A stretch of 64,000 nt of DNA, from NCBI RefSeq assembly GCF_018977255.1, contig NW_024704742.1:44146001-44210000 (forward strand). The letters are read 5' to 3'. Position 1 is the first letter of the stretch. Each line of letters starts with the position of its first letter. The translations under genes were made by a program, and so were the position numbers. The DNA comes from Callorhinchus milii (lineage: Eukaryota). The notes below the pieces were generated by a model. That model did no database searches and was not told the DNA's origin. It worked only from the letters and a program-made list of their open reading frames with translations. This document shows positions 1 to 13,002 of this stretch, piece after piece.

Positions 1-510
1 CTGTCGTACTACGTGGAACGGGTAGGCTTAGAGACGCACCTGGTTTTCAGCGGGAAGAGGGAATTGAAAGTTGAGGTGTGGTGATTATTTAGCAACTTGA
101 CGGCCACTTCTGGATCACTATGAGTGGAAGGCAGAGGGAGAGAAGGTCTGAGGATGAGGGGGCATTTGTGAAGGAATTGGGTGGAAACTTTTTCCATGGG
201 CGGAAAACAAAGGTGGAGGGCTTGGAGGAAGGGAGGGTGATATGAGTGCAGCGAGGGATGAGGAAGTGATCTGAGATGGCCTTGTCTGTGATGAACAGAA
301 CAGTGATGTCTAGCCTATGGGTGATGACGAAGGTGAGGAGGTAGCCACAGTTGTGGATCAGGAAGTTTACGTGGAGGGTGAGGTTTAGGGTGGAGAGGAG
401 GGCAGCGAAGTCAGAGGAGATTGGGCAGGAGGAATTGAAATTGCTCATTATGAGAAGGTGTTTTGTGCAGAGGGAGAGGGGTGGGAGGAGAGTGGAGATA
501 TCCGCAAGGT
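1..510 (-). mobile_element. L2-clade LINE ORF2 fragment (end of APE endonuclease), runs off the window start
   Basis: ORF 89..565 has decayed APE motifs (LLIMSNFN for LLILGDFN, IHNCGYLLTFV for THxxGxxLDLV, ISDHFLI). Confidence 0.75.
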
Positions 511-800
511 TATCGCTGAACAGATCGACTTCAAGATCCTCACACTCGTTTTCAAATCCCTTCATGCTCTGGCAACCCCTACCCCTCCGACCTGCTTACT
601 CCCAAACCCACTACCTGCTGCCTCCACTCGACTGGCTCCAGTCTCCTGCATGTCCCTCATGCCCTCTGTTCCACCATTGGAGGTCGTGCTTTCAGCCACT
701 AAACCCCGAAACTCGCCTCCCCTGGCTCAGCATCGTGGTCTGCCAATGTCAAGTGCTTTGGAATGTTACCCTGTGTGAGGGGCGCTAGTTAAATAAAGTT
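511..800 (+). mobile_element. L2 LINE 3' end fragment
   Basis: Encodes IDFKILTLVFKSLH like the other L2 copies here (29860, 42896, 48340), followed by the L2 tail. Confidence 0.8.
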
Positions 801-2360
801 AGAAACATAGGAATTAGAAGCAGGAGAAGGCCATTTGGCCCCTTGAGTCTGCCCCGCCATTCAGTAAGATCAGGGCTGATCTTCTCACCTAACTCCATCT
901 GCCCGCCTTATCCCTATATCCCTTAATTCCTCTATCCTTTAGAAATCCATCAGTCTCAGTCTTGAATATGTTCACGGACTGAGCATCCACAGCCTTCTGG
1001 GATAGAAAATTCCATAAATTCACTACCCTTTGAGTGAAGAAGTTTCCACAACTCTGTTCGAAAGGGCTGTCCCTTAATCTTAAGACTGTGACCCCTAGTT
1101 ATAGATTCTCCTACCAGGGGAAACAGTCTTGCACCGTCTACTCTGTCAAGCTCCATAAGAATCTTATATGTTTCTATAAGATCACCCCTAATTCTTCTAT
1201 ATTCTAAAGAATATAGGCCAAGTTTACTCAACCTATCCTCATAGGTCAACCCCCTCATCCCAGGAACTAACCTAGTGAATCTACGCTGCACCCCTCTAAG
1301 GTGAGTATGTCATTTCTTAAATAAGGAGACCAAAACTGCACGCAATATTGTAGGTGCGGTCTCAACAAGGCCCTATGCAGTTGCAGCAAAACTTCCCTAT
1401 TCTTGTATTCTAACCCTTTTGCAATAAACGCCAACATGCCATTAGCCTTCCTAGTTGCTTGCTGTACCTACATACTAACTTTTCATGGTGTACGAAGACA
1501 TCCAAATCCCTCTAACGCTATCTAGTGTCTCCCCTTCTAGGAAATAATCTGCTTTTCTGTTTTTACTACCTAGGTGAATAACTTCACACTTCTCCACATT
1601 ATGTTCCATCTGCTACCTTCTTGCCCACTCACCTAGCCTATCTATATCCCTTTGTATTCTTTTTGTGTCATCCTCAGAGCTTATTCTCCCACCTAGCTTA
1701 GTATCACCCGCGTATTTAGATATCTTAAGTTCTATGTCCTCATCTAGATCATTGATATAGATTGTAAAGAGTTGAGGCCAAAGCACTGATCCTTGTGGCA
1801 CTCTACTAGTCACATCTTGCCAATCTGAGAAGGTCCCGTTTATCCCTACTCTGTTTTCTTTCCGTTAGCCGCTCTTCGATCCGTGCTAATATATTGCCTT
1901 TAATTCCATGGGCCCTAATCTTGTGTGGCACCTTGTCGAATGCCTTCTGAAAATCTAAATATACTACATCTACTGGTTCCCCCCTATCTAGCCTGCTAGT
2001 TACATCCTCAAAAAACTCTTAAAAGATTTGTTAAGCATGACTTTCCTTTTGTAAAGCCATGTTGACTCTGCCTATTCATGTTACAGTCCTCTAAGTATCC
2101 CACTACGATGTCCCTAATTAAGGGTTCTAGAATTTTCCCTCCCACCCATGTCAGACTGACTGGTCTATAATTCCCCATCTTTTCTCTACCACCTTTCCTA
2201 AATAGTGGTGTTATGTTTGCGATCTTCCAATCAATGGGAATCCAGAGATTTTGGAAGATCAAAAACAAGGCATCCACTATCTCAGCAGCCACCTCTTTTA
2301 AAACCCTAGGATGCAGGCCATCAGGTCCAAGGGAATTGTCACTTTTCAATCCCAACAGTT
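801..2360 (-). mobile_element. CR1-clade LINE, 5'-truncated, decayed RT and 3' end
   Basis: ORFs with GPDGLHPRVLKE, NYRPVSLT, QHGFTKGKSCLTNL, SRVPQGSVL, KYAGDTKLGG, QRRFTRLVPGMRGLTYEDRL, RRIRGDLIETYKI; frameshifts and stops present. Confidence 0.92.
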
Positions 2361-4569
2361 TCCTTGTTGTTGTGGTTGTTTTTTAATCAAGTGTATTGTT
2401 CAAGATATTCGCAGTTTAGACTCTATTTTATTTTGTTGTGTTTATTTTTAATTGTCACAGACTGCAAGTACACCAAACTAATGAATAATTTTATGACATG
2501 AGAGATCTTAAAAGTGCTTCCTTTCCTTTGAACATGCTTTCTTCGTTACATCAGTGGCCATGACCTGGGGCATTGTACAGTAATAGCAAACAAAATAAAT
2601 ACGCATACATGTAGCAACTTGCAGGAAGAAAATTACGGCTAAACTGATGTATTTATAATAAAAGCGCAGACCTAACTATTGTCAACTCCAATCTTTGTCC
2701 TAACCATAGGAAGAAGGTAGAAGCTATTTTTAGCAACTAAGGCAAACATTTATCTCAGTTTCTCTGCTTTTTGGTTGGATGGGTTGTCATAGATTCTCCT
2801 TTGAAAAGTGACTGCATAATCGAAAAGTATGACCCATCTGGTCATATTCACAGAGGCACCTGACACTGTTTTGATCTCCTGAGAACTAAATATTTGAATT
2901 GTTTAACTTAACAACTAATGGATAAATAATAAAAAGAATTTAAAATTATTCAAGGCTACGTTAATCATTTTTGGTCGGTATTTAGTTATTACTGTTTGGA
3001 GCTTTGCTGATGTCCTAGTGAGCAAAGACACGACTAATGTAGGACCATCACACAAATTCGGGTTGAATTGCTGATGTACGCTGAGCAAGGTATTCCAAGA
3101 TGGGAAGCAATTGAGGTGCAATGGGCTTGGAAGTGCAAAAATTAGCTAGGTTTTCCGCTCCTGATTGCTATTGCCCCTTTGGTCAAATAGCCTCCATGCC
3201 CTCACTATTTTACAGAATTCTTCAAAAAAATAAACTAAGATGTGTTTTTGTTAATAGGAAGAATCCAGAATGTCCTCTGGCAAGGAAAATCAACATAAAT
3301 GTAATATGTCTCCCTCTACCCCTCCCCCCATTAATTGAGTGCATCATATCAATTTGGCTTGAGTCATTTTTCAGGTACAATAATTAATGAAGGTTAGTTA
3401 CAAGGATAACTGTTTTGAGACTTTTTGAACCGATTTCACTCAGAACTACTGTATTACAACAGTCACAAAGGGAATACTTAACAGCAGTCTATTAGGGTGA
3501 AGTAGTTGAAAATACAATGTGTGTGAAAACTAATGAACCATAATTGTGTGAGAATTCAATTTCGATATAATAGTATAACATTATATAATATTCTGTTTTA
3601 TTGCATACTTTTTTTCTCAGTCAAACCACTTATTCAGCATAAACAAAGAATCAATTTAAATTCTATGAACTTAACAATTCTTATGCAGAATTCTGGTGCT
3701 TGTATTCCTCTGTAGAATATGATTAAATTGTTTGCTCTTGCATTTAATTCACAAAGAGACCTGTAGGTTGGCGTTGACCAAGATAAGGTCAAAGTCGAAA
3801 AACTCTTTTTTTAATATATCTGGATAGATAACCTTTCCTCCCCTTTTTTCTTAAGGTTAAGTTGACTAATTATTGCACCAATAGTGAACATTTAAAACAT
3901 GGAAGGCAAAAATGCTGAAACTTTTGGAAAGGCTTTCTGACTATGTTGCATACACCTTGTTTCGTTCTTCGTTCTAGCATGGCTATGCGGGTCCAAACAC
4001 TGAGATCTGACATTATCTTTTCTTGCTCATGGTGTCTAGTAGTTAAGCACGTCACCCATTCTGTGCATTTAAATTCCGTGCTGCTATCTGCACAGAACCG
4101 GGCAAGCTGCAACATAAAGGTAGTGGAGTCCAGAGAACAGTTTCTTGAACGTCAAGCATACTCATGTGCCACTCACTGGACTCTGCTACTTCTGCTCTTT
4201 CAGAATTATCCCATGAGTGTTCAACCCCAATATTGTGTGTTTTGTGATACTTCCTTCTGCTACTGACTGTGATCTTGGAGGTAGAAATTTAGACTAATAT
4301 TGACTGGTTAACAGTTTTCAGACCATGATCTATGCAGATTAGGACAATGATTCCATTCTCAACATTTTAATAAATCTGTGAGTGACAATGTTGAGCAAAA
4401 ATTATTCATTTGCGTCCTTCATCCCACAACTTCTCTTCCTGCCTTGATAAACCTTCTACTTTCATATCTCTTCTACATTGTCTTTAATTGCTTTTAGTTA
4501 GCCAGATACTGTACAGTAATCAGCTGCAGAAAACAATATCTCTTCTCAGTATCTATTATATTTGTCAGT

Positions 4570-5000
4570 TAGTCTTGTCGGATGTCTAGTGACCAACCCT
4601 CCTCGAGGGGAGGTAAGCGAGTCCCCTTTGGGGCTGAACTGGCTTCAAAGGACATGGAGAAAGGAAAGTGAGTCAATGTTTTGGGTCCACAACCCTTTGT
4701 CAGAACTGGGGTTGTGGACCTGAAACGTTGACTCACTTTCCTTTCTCCATAGATGCTGCCTGAGCTGCTGAGTGTTCCCAGCGACTTCTGTTTTTGTTTC
4801 AGATTTCCAGCATCTGCAGTATTTTGCGTTTTGTCTAACATGACATGCCTGGCAATGGATTGTCATGATCGAGTCAAACTTTTGTGGCGGTCTCAGTTCT
4901 CTGCTTCCTGAGCCAGGTGGCTCCACAATAATCCAGGGCACTGCTGATAACGGACCAGCCAACCTGGCTCATTGGCAGTACTTGGAACGACCAGTAGGGA
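4570..5000 (+). repeat. Unclassified interspersed repeat, copy 1 (interrupted by the Penelope-type palindrome)
   Basis: Aligns by eye with 40700-40970 (+), 31550-31830 (-) and 53887-54050 (-). Confidence 0.65.
4654..4833. mobile_element. Penelope-type palindromic remnant with decayed hammerhead core
   Basis: Inverted arms 4654-4695 and 4709-4750; right arm continues AGATGCTGCCTGAGCTGCTGAG...CAGATTTCCAGCATCTGCAGTATTTTGC; homologous to 21059-21265. Confidence 0.7.
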
Positions 5001-5004
5001 ATTC

Positions 5005-5345
5005 ATTTAAGATAATGAACAGGGTTGAGAGAATTAATCATGAAATCCTTTCTCTGCTGGTGAGGCTTTTTTCTACAAGAGGGCATGAATTTGAGATTGT
5101 GAAGAGATTCAAAAGAATCTCTTCTCCCAGAGAGTTTTAAGGAATGATTTGCAAGGGATGGCTTTTAGATCAGATTTGATTGGAGCATTTAAAAAAGAAT
5201 TTGACAGGCAGATGAAGGGTATTAGAGGTACTTTACAGGGAAAGAGCAGAGGATTGGGCTTAGAATGGATGTTTTTTTGAATGAACAGCCACTGACACAA
5301 AATAGTAGGCCGAATGGGCTCCTAATATGTTATACATTTCTATGC
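5005..5345 (+). mobile_element. Old CR1 3' end fragment
   Basis: FKIMNRVERIN...STRGHEFEI peptide and a CR1-type tail. Confidence 0.6.
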
Positions 5346-6132
5346 GTGATTAATAAAATATACAGAAGACAAACTATTAATTACCCAGATGCTGTATGGG
5401 TGATCAGCTGCAGAAAACAAACTATGAAGCATATTTTATTCCATATATTAAATGTTCAGCTTTTTAAATACCCATTGAAGAAAACGTTCATTCGGCTAGA
5501 TAAATAATTTATTTAGCCATCCATTTACTTTTGAAATATAGGATTGAGTTATGCATCTGTTTCTGATTGTTATTCTGCCCCTCTTTAAAATGTATTGGGA
5601 AGAAACTGTCGAAATAGGATCCTATTCCAAGCACCGTGAGCAATTTCGCACAATTAAAGTGTGTTCTGGTTGAAACCAGATGTTCATATTAATTCATTGG
5701 TTTCTGCCGATAATGAAGAGGCATTCTCATGATCTGAAGTTTTAGTTTTCTAAATTCATAGAGCTTTCATCTGCGATCTTTTTCCATAATTGTGTTTCCA
5801 TAGTTTGGGTTTATATTATACACTTTTATCAGTAGTTGTACTTAGTGCTGAGACTACAATGAAGAAAGGACAGTGTTTTCAAGTGTGAAGGGCACACAAT
5901 TGCATTGTAATGCAAGATTGGTCAGATATGGGATTGCAATCAAATTATATAACTTGAAAATGAGCTATTCTTCACACACCACAATTGTACAGTTTTATTG
6001 GTCTATTTATATTTATATTGGTCTATTTTTTGTCTTCACTTTAAAGTTTATTTTAGCAATGTCTACAGAACAGCTCTTTCATTTACATGTGAGGAAGTTT
6101 GAAGTAAACATTTTACTTTTACATATCTGCAG

Positions 6133-6207
6133 GATTCTTTATATTATGACCAGCTGAAATCAAACGTGATTCAACACGACCTTTTGGTTGACAGTCTCAT
6201 CTACAAG
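6133..6207 (+). CDS. TBC1D19: TBC1 domain family member 19, internal coding exon (first visible in window)
   Basis: cag|GAT...AAG|gtatg; 75 nt; DSLYYDQLKSNVIQHDLLVDSLIYK, recognised as TBC1D19; phase 0/0, joins the next exon in frame. No upstream exon was found in the window. Confidence 0.93.
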
Positions 6208-7519
6208 GTATGAAATTCTATAATCTTAATTAAAATCTATTTTTGTCCTTGTTAGAAATGATGAAAAACTGTATGTAACAGAATTTGGTTTTGTGGTAAT
6301 AACAAATCATTATAAACAATTAACTGAACACTTATAATGCATCTCCTAGCTGAAGTCAGTTTTAGGTCAGAATCCCCCTTGTTCTTGTAGGAATACTCTT
6401 GAGTGCTCTGACTCCTTCTTTATCTCAGAGAAATATTTGAGTCCTTCAGCTCTTAGAGGTGTGCTCCAAATTCGTCCCACTCTTGAATGTAGAGCTTCCT
6501 CTGGCTATCTTTAGCTGGACCACTGCTGACCGCCACTGCTTTGGAGGTTGACCTGATTTCTAACCATAGTTGCAGTTGATGGACCCTCATATTGCTCATA
6601 CTCTACATATGTGTTACATACATTATCTTGGGTGTTTTGTACACATTATATTCTGATAACCTAATTAATCTTGTAAATTTGCACTTAAAAGTTTATCAGG
6701 ATGCCTTCCCCAGCACACCAGTCTCTGTAGCATTCGGCTATTGATATTAACTGAATGAATTTATCTTACGGAATTTCAATTGTGTCAAGAAATAAATAAT
6801 AATAGTAATAGTCCTTGCATTTGATATAGTACATTCTCAGGTCATTGAGATGTCTTCAATATAAGTTAGGCGGGTTATTTACATGTACCATTGGTCAGAC
6901 CAACGCTTTACAATTCCTGCAGAGCAAATTCTTTTATAACACTAAGTAAAAGAGTGTGGGATTGCTTATGGGCAGAGTTTGAGTTTGCCTAACACAGTAT
7001 TTGGTGTAGGTTTTAGGTTTCTCACTTGTTTACAAGAGACATTCCCTGAAAAATCGTGAAATGTAATTGAAAGATATTTTATTAAAAAATTGAGTATTTC
7101 ATGTACGGTAAACCTTTGGTTTACTGGACTCCGGTATCTGGAATTCGTACCTAGCTGGACCGAGCCCGAGACTGAAAAATGTTTTTAAAAATTTCCACGG
7201 GTCTGCGTATAGATTCCCTCCGGCCCAACTCTTTACTCTTTTCCCCCTCACTCTCATTAATCTGGCCAGACAGGGTTGGGTTAGCTGAAGTCCCAAAAGG
7301 AATGAATCACAGAAATTTACCATAAGAAGTTGATTTGTAGTTCTTGTTCTCTATTTGACAAACTACAAATGGTCTTATTTTTGTAAGTATTCTGTTACTT
7401 TGTTACTTTGTTTAATTTATTTTTTACAACACTGTGGAGTCTAAAGAATATCACCAATAGTAGGGAATATTGTAAATGGTCTGATGGGAGCACTGACAAT
7501 GTCAATTTGATTCTGTTAG

Positions 7520-7875
7520 AAGCACTCTCACTTGGACCAGAAGGTTGTGGGTTCAAGCCCCGTAGATTGATGCTCGGTTGCAGAAATGAAGATGCACTGC
7601 AATGGAATCTTTTAGATGAACTTATCCTGAGGTTCTGTTCACTTTATCAGGTGCCGGTTAAAATCCAATGACACTATTAGAAAAGAAAAGTTTCTTCTGA
7701 TATCCTGACCAATAGTTCTCTAGGTAAATGTCTGTTGGGTTTCCCTACAAATACTGACTTCTGAAGTGTTCACCTACAAAATACAGTCAATCACTTCATA
7801 GTGAATCCTATGAAATGTTTTGAGACATCTGCCTGACACGAAAGGAAGTGTATCAAATGCAAGGATTATTATTCT
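7520..7875 (+). mobile_element. Decayed tRNA-derived Deu-domain (SacSINE1-like) SINE
   Basis: AGAAGGTTGTGGGTTCAAGCCC B-box-like head, central domain like 53480-53885, and the CAAATGCAAGGATTATTATT tail. Confidence 0.6.
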
Positions 7876-8413
7876 GAACTACTTGAGACGTTTGAAATTA
7901 ATACGGTAATATAAAACTGCAAATTCTTTTCCCCCTGCCTGCAGGACACTTAGTGGAAGCAATTTTCTTTATAAAAATCCCATAGAAATTGAGATTCTGA
8001 ATGGTGTACCCTTCTCACAGACAGATTGATTATCTTATTACAAGTTTCTTTGAATCACTTGCACAGTGGGTGACTTGGCAACAGCTGCTCAGTCTTCTAT
8101 AAAAATTAGCATGTTTAGCATTAATTATTCACGTCCAATAATTGATTAAAGTGGGCTGAGTGTTAATTAATTTCAAAAGTAACCTTATTAGTACGAACCA
8201 TTGCATTATTACTGTGACAATTTGCTTGTGGACTGCAAATATCTCATGTTTAATTTGTTCATCTCTGAGGTTCCCCATGTCACAGTGTTGCAATCTCCAA
8301 TGTGTTGCCATTTATTTTCACATTTGAACTCTAAATTATGCAGTGTTTCCTGCAAAAAAAATGATACACGGAGGCCTGATAGATGTATAACATTGCTGAG
8401 CTCTTATTTAAAA

Positions 8414-9141
8414 CTAGCTGTACCCGTTGCAGCTACGCTTGCAACCAAAGGATCCAATATAGAATGTAGATTGACACAGACAGATACATAGACAGACATT
8501 TCATCTTTATCTATACTCATCTGGGAGGATTACTGTGGGAGCATTCATTTTGGTCATGCTGTTCTTTGAGTGGGCAACTCATTTTGTCATGCTATTGCAG
8601 TCCTTTCAGCATTGAAGTGAGGCCGAGCTGTTCTTTGTTCTTCGGTTTCATTTAATGGACCTTCTCTCTTTTATCGAGGATTTTTACTTATCTTTGAGAG
8701 GTTTGATTCTTGCTTAGACATCTTTATAATGATAAATGTATAATTTATAATCACTGGGACGTCCTCCCGACATGAAAGGGGCTTTTCAAATGTAATGTTG
8801 TTGTTGATGTCGCAGGTTAGCTTTGTCTGTGTTCTTTATTTTGTCCCGCCGCCACTTGGCTACTTGGTCAGCCGGCGTGGCCGCCTGCACGATCCACAGA
8901 GCCACTTTGACTCAGTAGCCACTGGGTGTAACTGAAATGAAAGTGCAATACTGAAATACATTTTAGGTCATAACTCATGACCGATAGGAGATACCTAAAA
9001 ACAAATGTGCCCATGTCACTCCTAGAGACAAGACCTTTCCGATGATGTATAACTTATATCTCTACCTCAATCGGTTATTGCAATCCTTCTTGAAGCACAC
9101 ACAGTCAGACACGACAGACATTGTCGTTTTATTAGTATAGA
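8414..9141 (-). mobile_element. Non-autonomous Helitron
   Basis: Minus strand starts A|TCTATACTAATAAAACGACAATGTCTGTC and ends with the hairpin GTTGCAAGCGTAGCTGCAAC then GGGTACAG-CTAG|T; inserted between A and T with no TSD. Confidence 0.75.
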
Positions 9142-9436
9142 TTACAATGCAATTACTGTGAAATATTTGAGTAAAATTTATGCACACCTCGAAAATTATA
9201 ATGAGGAAATCCCATTCTAAATCTTCAAAGCTGCTACAATTAGTAGAAAGACTACAAAAGAAAGCTTAAGGAATGTTTGGAGCAGAAAGAACATTTGACA
9301 TCCTTTCCATTGATTGGTGCAAACTTTCACCTGTTTCGTCTTCTTTCTCAAAAACAAAATACAGTAATTTTTTTGCAAGAGATACAGGTAAATGGAGTTA
9401 CTTTCTGACATTTATCCCTCCCTTCTTTTCCTCCAG

Positions 9437-9499
9437 GATGTGAAGCTGACAGCAAGTAATGATGATTACTATTTTGTGTTTGAAGATTACTTGTATCAG
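9437..9499 (+). CDS. TBC1D19: TBC1D19 coding exon
   Basis: Pyrimidine tract, cag|GATGTG...TATCAG|gtaagt; 63 nt; DVKLTASNDDYYFVFEDYLYQ. Confidence 0.95.
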
Positions 9500-10186
9500 G
9501 TAAGTTGAAACTTTTTCAGTGAATTCTGAGTTCGGTGAAGGCCAAGATGCGCAAAGAAATATCATTCTTATTTCAGCTCTAATTATTTTACAGGAAATTT
9601 AGTCGAAAATCTTGCGAGTTGAAATGCTGAAAAATTGTAGAACAGTTTAGATTTCTGCTTCATGTTTCGCATTGTTTTTCAAAGATCACAATTTTTAAAT
9701 AGGTTCTTCCAAGGTCATTTTTAACGTATGTTATTGTTAACTTTTGCAAAAGCAAGTTATGATCTTCATAAAAGCTTCTTACTCATTCCTGGTGTCTTAC
9801 TCATTCACTTCATGGCTGTTTGGTAGGATATTTCTGTGTTCAATTTGCTGTTGTGCACTAAATACACAGTGAAACACATTTTACACTACATTGTGTGAAG
9901 TGCTTTGAAGAGTCTTGACAACCTATTACAATGTAGCGCTCCTCCAGCACTGCATTACATTGACTGCCTAGATTGTGAGTTTCAAGTCCTAACATGGGGC
10001 TTGAACCCATTCACTTTCTGATACAGAGGTTTTTAAGAGTGATGAAGGGAGATATTTGTGGAGGATCATAGAATCAGGCTGATATTTGAGTGCATTACAT
10101 AGCTTGTTCCTACTTTACTAAATCGTGTTTAATGATCCTTATAATTTCAGAGCAAAGTTTGTATGATTTTGTGCTATTGGTATGAG

Positions 10187-10358
10187 TAATAATAATAACA
10201 ATAATCCTTGCATTTGATATAGTACCTTATCACATTTTTGCGACGTCTCAGAGCTCTTCACAGAATATACTGTAAAGTGAATTGACTGTATATTTTGTGA
10301 GTGAAACTTGGCAGCCAATCGCGCACAGCAGTGTCCCACAAACAGTCGTGGATTGAGT
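10187..10358 (-). mobile_element. 5'-truncated tRNA-SINE (3' half)
   Basis: Reverse complement of the 3' half and (TAT)n tail of the 19441 SINE. Confidence 0.8.
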
Positions 10359-13002
10359 AGGCCTCTTTGCCACTACGGATGAATAAGCAGGCATGCTGAA
10401 TAAAATGGATATGTTGATAACCCTACTGCCACCTTTTGTAAAGGTTTTTTCCGCTTTAGCTCATTTTATTTCTTTTTGTCGTTGGTCTTTTCTGAACAGA
10501 CGAAGAGTATATATGATTATTGATTGCTCCTTATCCAACACCTGCGGCCTGTATTTACAGGATCTCAGTATTTTAAAATTGCTAACCCCCTGAGGGGCAT
10601 TGCAGAGTCTTCTCATTAAAATTCTCATCAAGTGGAAAGATTGCAATTTCGTGTAAAGATTTAGAATTGAATGCAGTCTCAAAATATCTGACCACTATAG
10701 GCCTTGTTTGTCTGTCGCAGCCTAAATGGTACGAGTGAAAAAGATAATAAATATTTTAGAGTTTGTGTGACTTTCCTTCAGCTCATCTTGGTCGCAAAAT
10801 AAGTTTCTGGAATTTATGTTTTTTTTTAATTTTAGTAATTTTGTTAAACTAGTCTTCATCTCTTTCACTCAGTTCTCAGCTTTCCAACCTATCTTTAATT
10901 CATTAATTCAGTAATACTTTAGCCACCGTTATTCTGCGTTTTCCTTTCATGTTTCTTCCAAGCATCACAAATAAATATAAAATGTTGATTCCTTTAAGAT
11001 GACTACACGTTGGGTATTACTTTTGGTAATAAAATAAAATTGAAAAGCTCATTTCAAAAGTGCACAATAAAAAAAATTTCAAAAATGATTCCTTACAAAT
11101 TCTGCATCATTATTAGAGAGGTTAATTGTCAATTTTATTAAGCAGTATATTGTTTAATCCTCTTAATTTTTCCTGTTTAATAGTTTTTACATGTTTAATA
11201 GCCTCCAAACCATAAATACTGATTGTGAGAGAGCAGTTATCCACCTAATTCACATGTGGGTATAACAATGAACCTCTCATGATCACAGATTATGTGTCTG
11301 TTGGTTCTTATGTCTGTCGGTTCATTACACTTGTGGTTGCAGATCTGTATTAACTGCAGTGAAATTTCCAAGTGGCTGTTCGTGACAGTTTGAGGTTGCA
11401 ATTCTGTTAATAGTGATGTGATATGAAAGTACCTTTTTTTAAAAAAAAAACTTTTTTTTTTAGGAACCAACAGTCTTAAGTTCTAAACCAAATTACTGCC
11501 GAAGGGTACAGCTATTCAAACCTAGAAGTGTCCAAATCTGAGATCACACAGTATTAGCGGTGTTATATTTAGCCATAGGTTTTCTGCATTACAGAGCAAA
11601 CATTCAGACAACATTCTCACCCTGATTGCTATCCAGTGACCAAGCTGAAAACTACACGACTGAGGGCAGAATTGGGATTTGTTATGATGGCGACTGTGGT
11701 TCAGTCGTTTCCTGACATTCATCATTAAACTTGCACACAAAGAATGGCCTGCTGGGCAAGGTACTGAAAGGCACCTGGCACTCATTTAACTATTGAAAGA
11801 ATGAGTCATTGACTGCAGCAGAGGAGAAGGAGGAGGTCCCTCTTATTTATTGTAACAACCAGCAATTAACAATTGGGTCTTGAGTAAATATTCTTCTTAG
11901 AGTGATTTTAATGCTTTATTTATAATCTTTCTTTGACCTTTGTTCAAATGTTTATCTTTTAAAACTGCCCCATTCATTTCTCCCCAATTCGTTCTTTTAT
12001 TTCAGTCTATTCCAGTGTTATCCAGACAACTGTCTGGGAAAAATGCAATTTGATGTGGAAGTATTTTGTGAAAAATATTTCAAGTTTATACAACTGCATG
12101 GTATGAATGGTTATAATCTCTTGCTGCTGAATTAAATAGGGTTCAAAGCAGCACACCTCCTTTATTAGTATGAAATGTGAAATCATAAAACCAATTCATG
12201 CATTTATCCCTTTGCATTTTATAAACTATTGTAAATTGTAATTGTTAAGGAAAATAATTTCCGTCTCAAATATGCGATAGTTGCTTCTAGTGCTGTTAAT
12301 CTGAGCACCACAAAATTATATTGAGTATTTTCCTAAAATTGAAAGCAATATTTAGTTGTCCAAATGAATTTATGGGCCATTAATTTGAATTTCAATCACT
12401 GTTAGCTGCATGATGAGAGTTGCAGAGAACTATAATGTACATTTGTGCAGTGTTTCTACAGTCAAAAGTGAACTCTCCACTGCCTCAGTACAGCATTGCG
12501 GAGGAGGAGGCCCTCTTTATACTCCGATCTTCACTTTGCTTTCGATTCAGACTGGAAAAAAGACATACCTTATTTTGCACAGGCAGGCTTTCGCCTGCAA
12601 GGCCTGCTCCAACAGCACTACAAGTGACTGCAAATGCATCCTCAGTTCTGAACATCTGTGCTTTGGGAATTATCCAGTAACCCACAAGAGATATTTTGGT
12701 TATTTGAATATTTCTTCAAGTACGATTCTATTTAGAATAGTGGTCCTTGCCAGTACTGATGTGAATGTGTTCAGTGTCCAGGACACCAGAAAGGACCTGA
12801 AGCTCACATCACTAAATGACAACTGACTAAAAACAGTGGAATGAATTGAAAGCAGGTTTTCCCTTGACAGGAAAGCTTAACACTGCCGTACTCAATTTTT
12901 TAATTAACTATTTGGAAGAAGACAGACCTATTCTTCATGACATTTTTACTTTTAATTGATAGAATACTGGAGATATTTGACATATCTGAATAGTATGTCA
13001 GG

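Noticed and set aside
2360..6132. Search for the preceding TBC1D19 exon (expected to end near LWALILNISSQPE)
   Set aside because: No matching coding segment was seen; it probably lies upstream of the window.
7123..7325. Possible second Tigger-like MITE (TA|CGGTAAACC ... TTTACCA|TA)
   Set aside because: The terminal inverted match is too short and mismatched to support without other copies.
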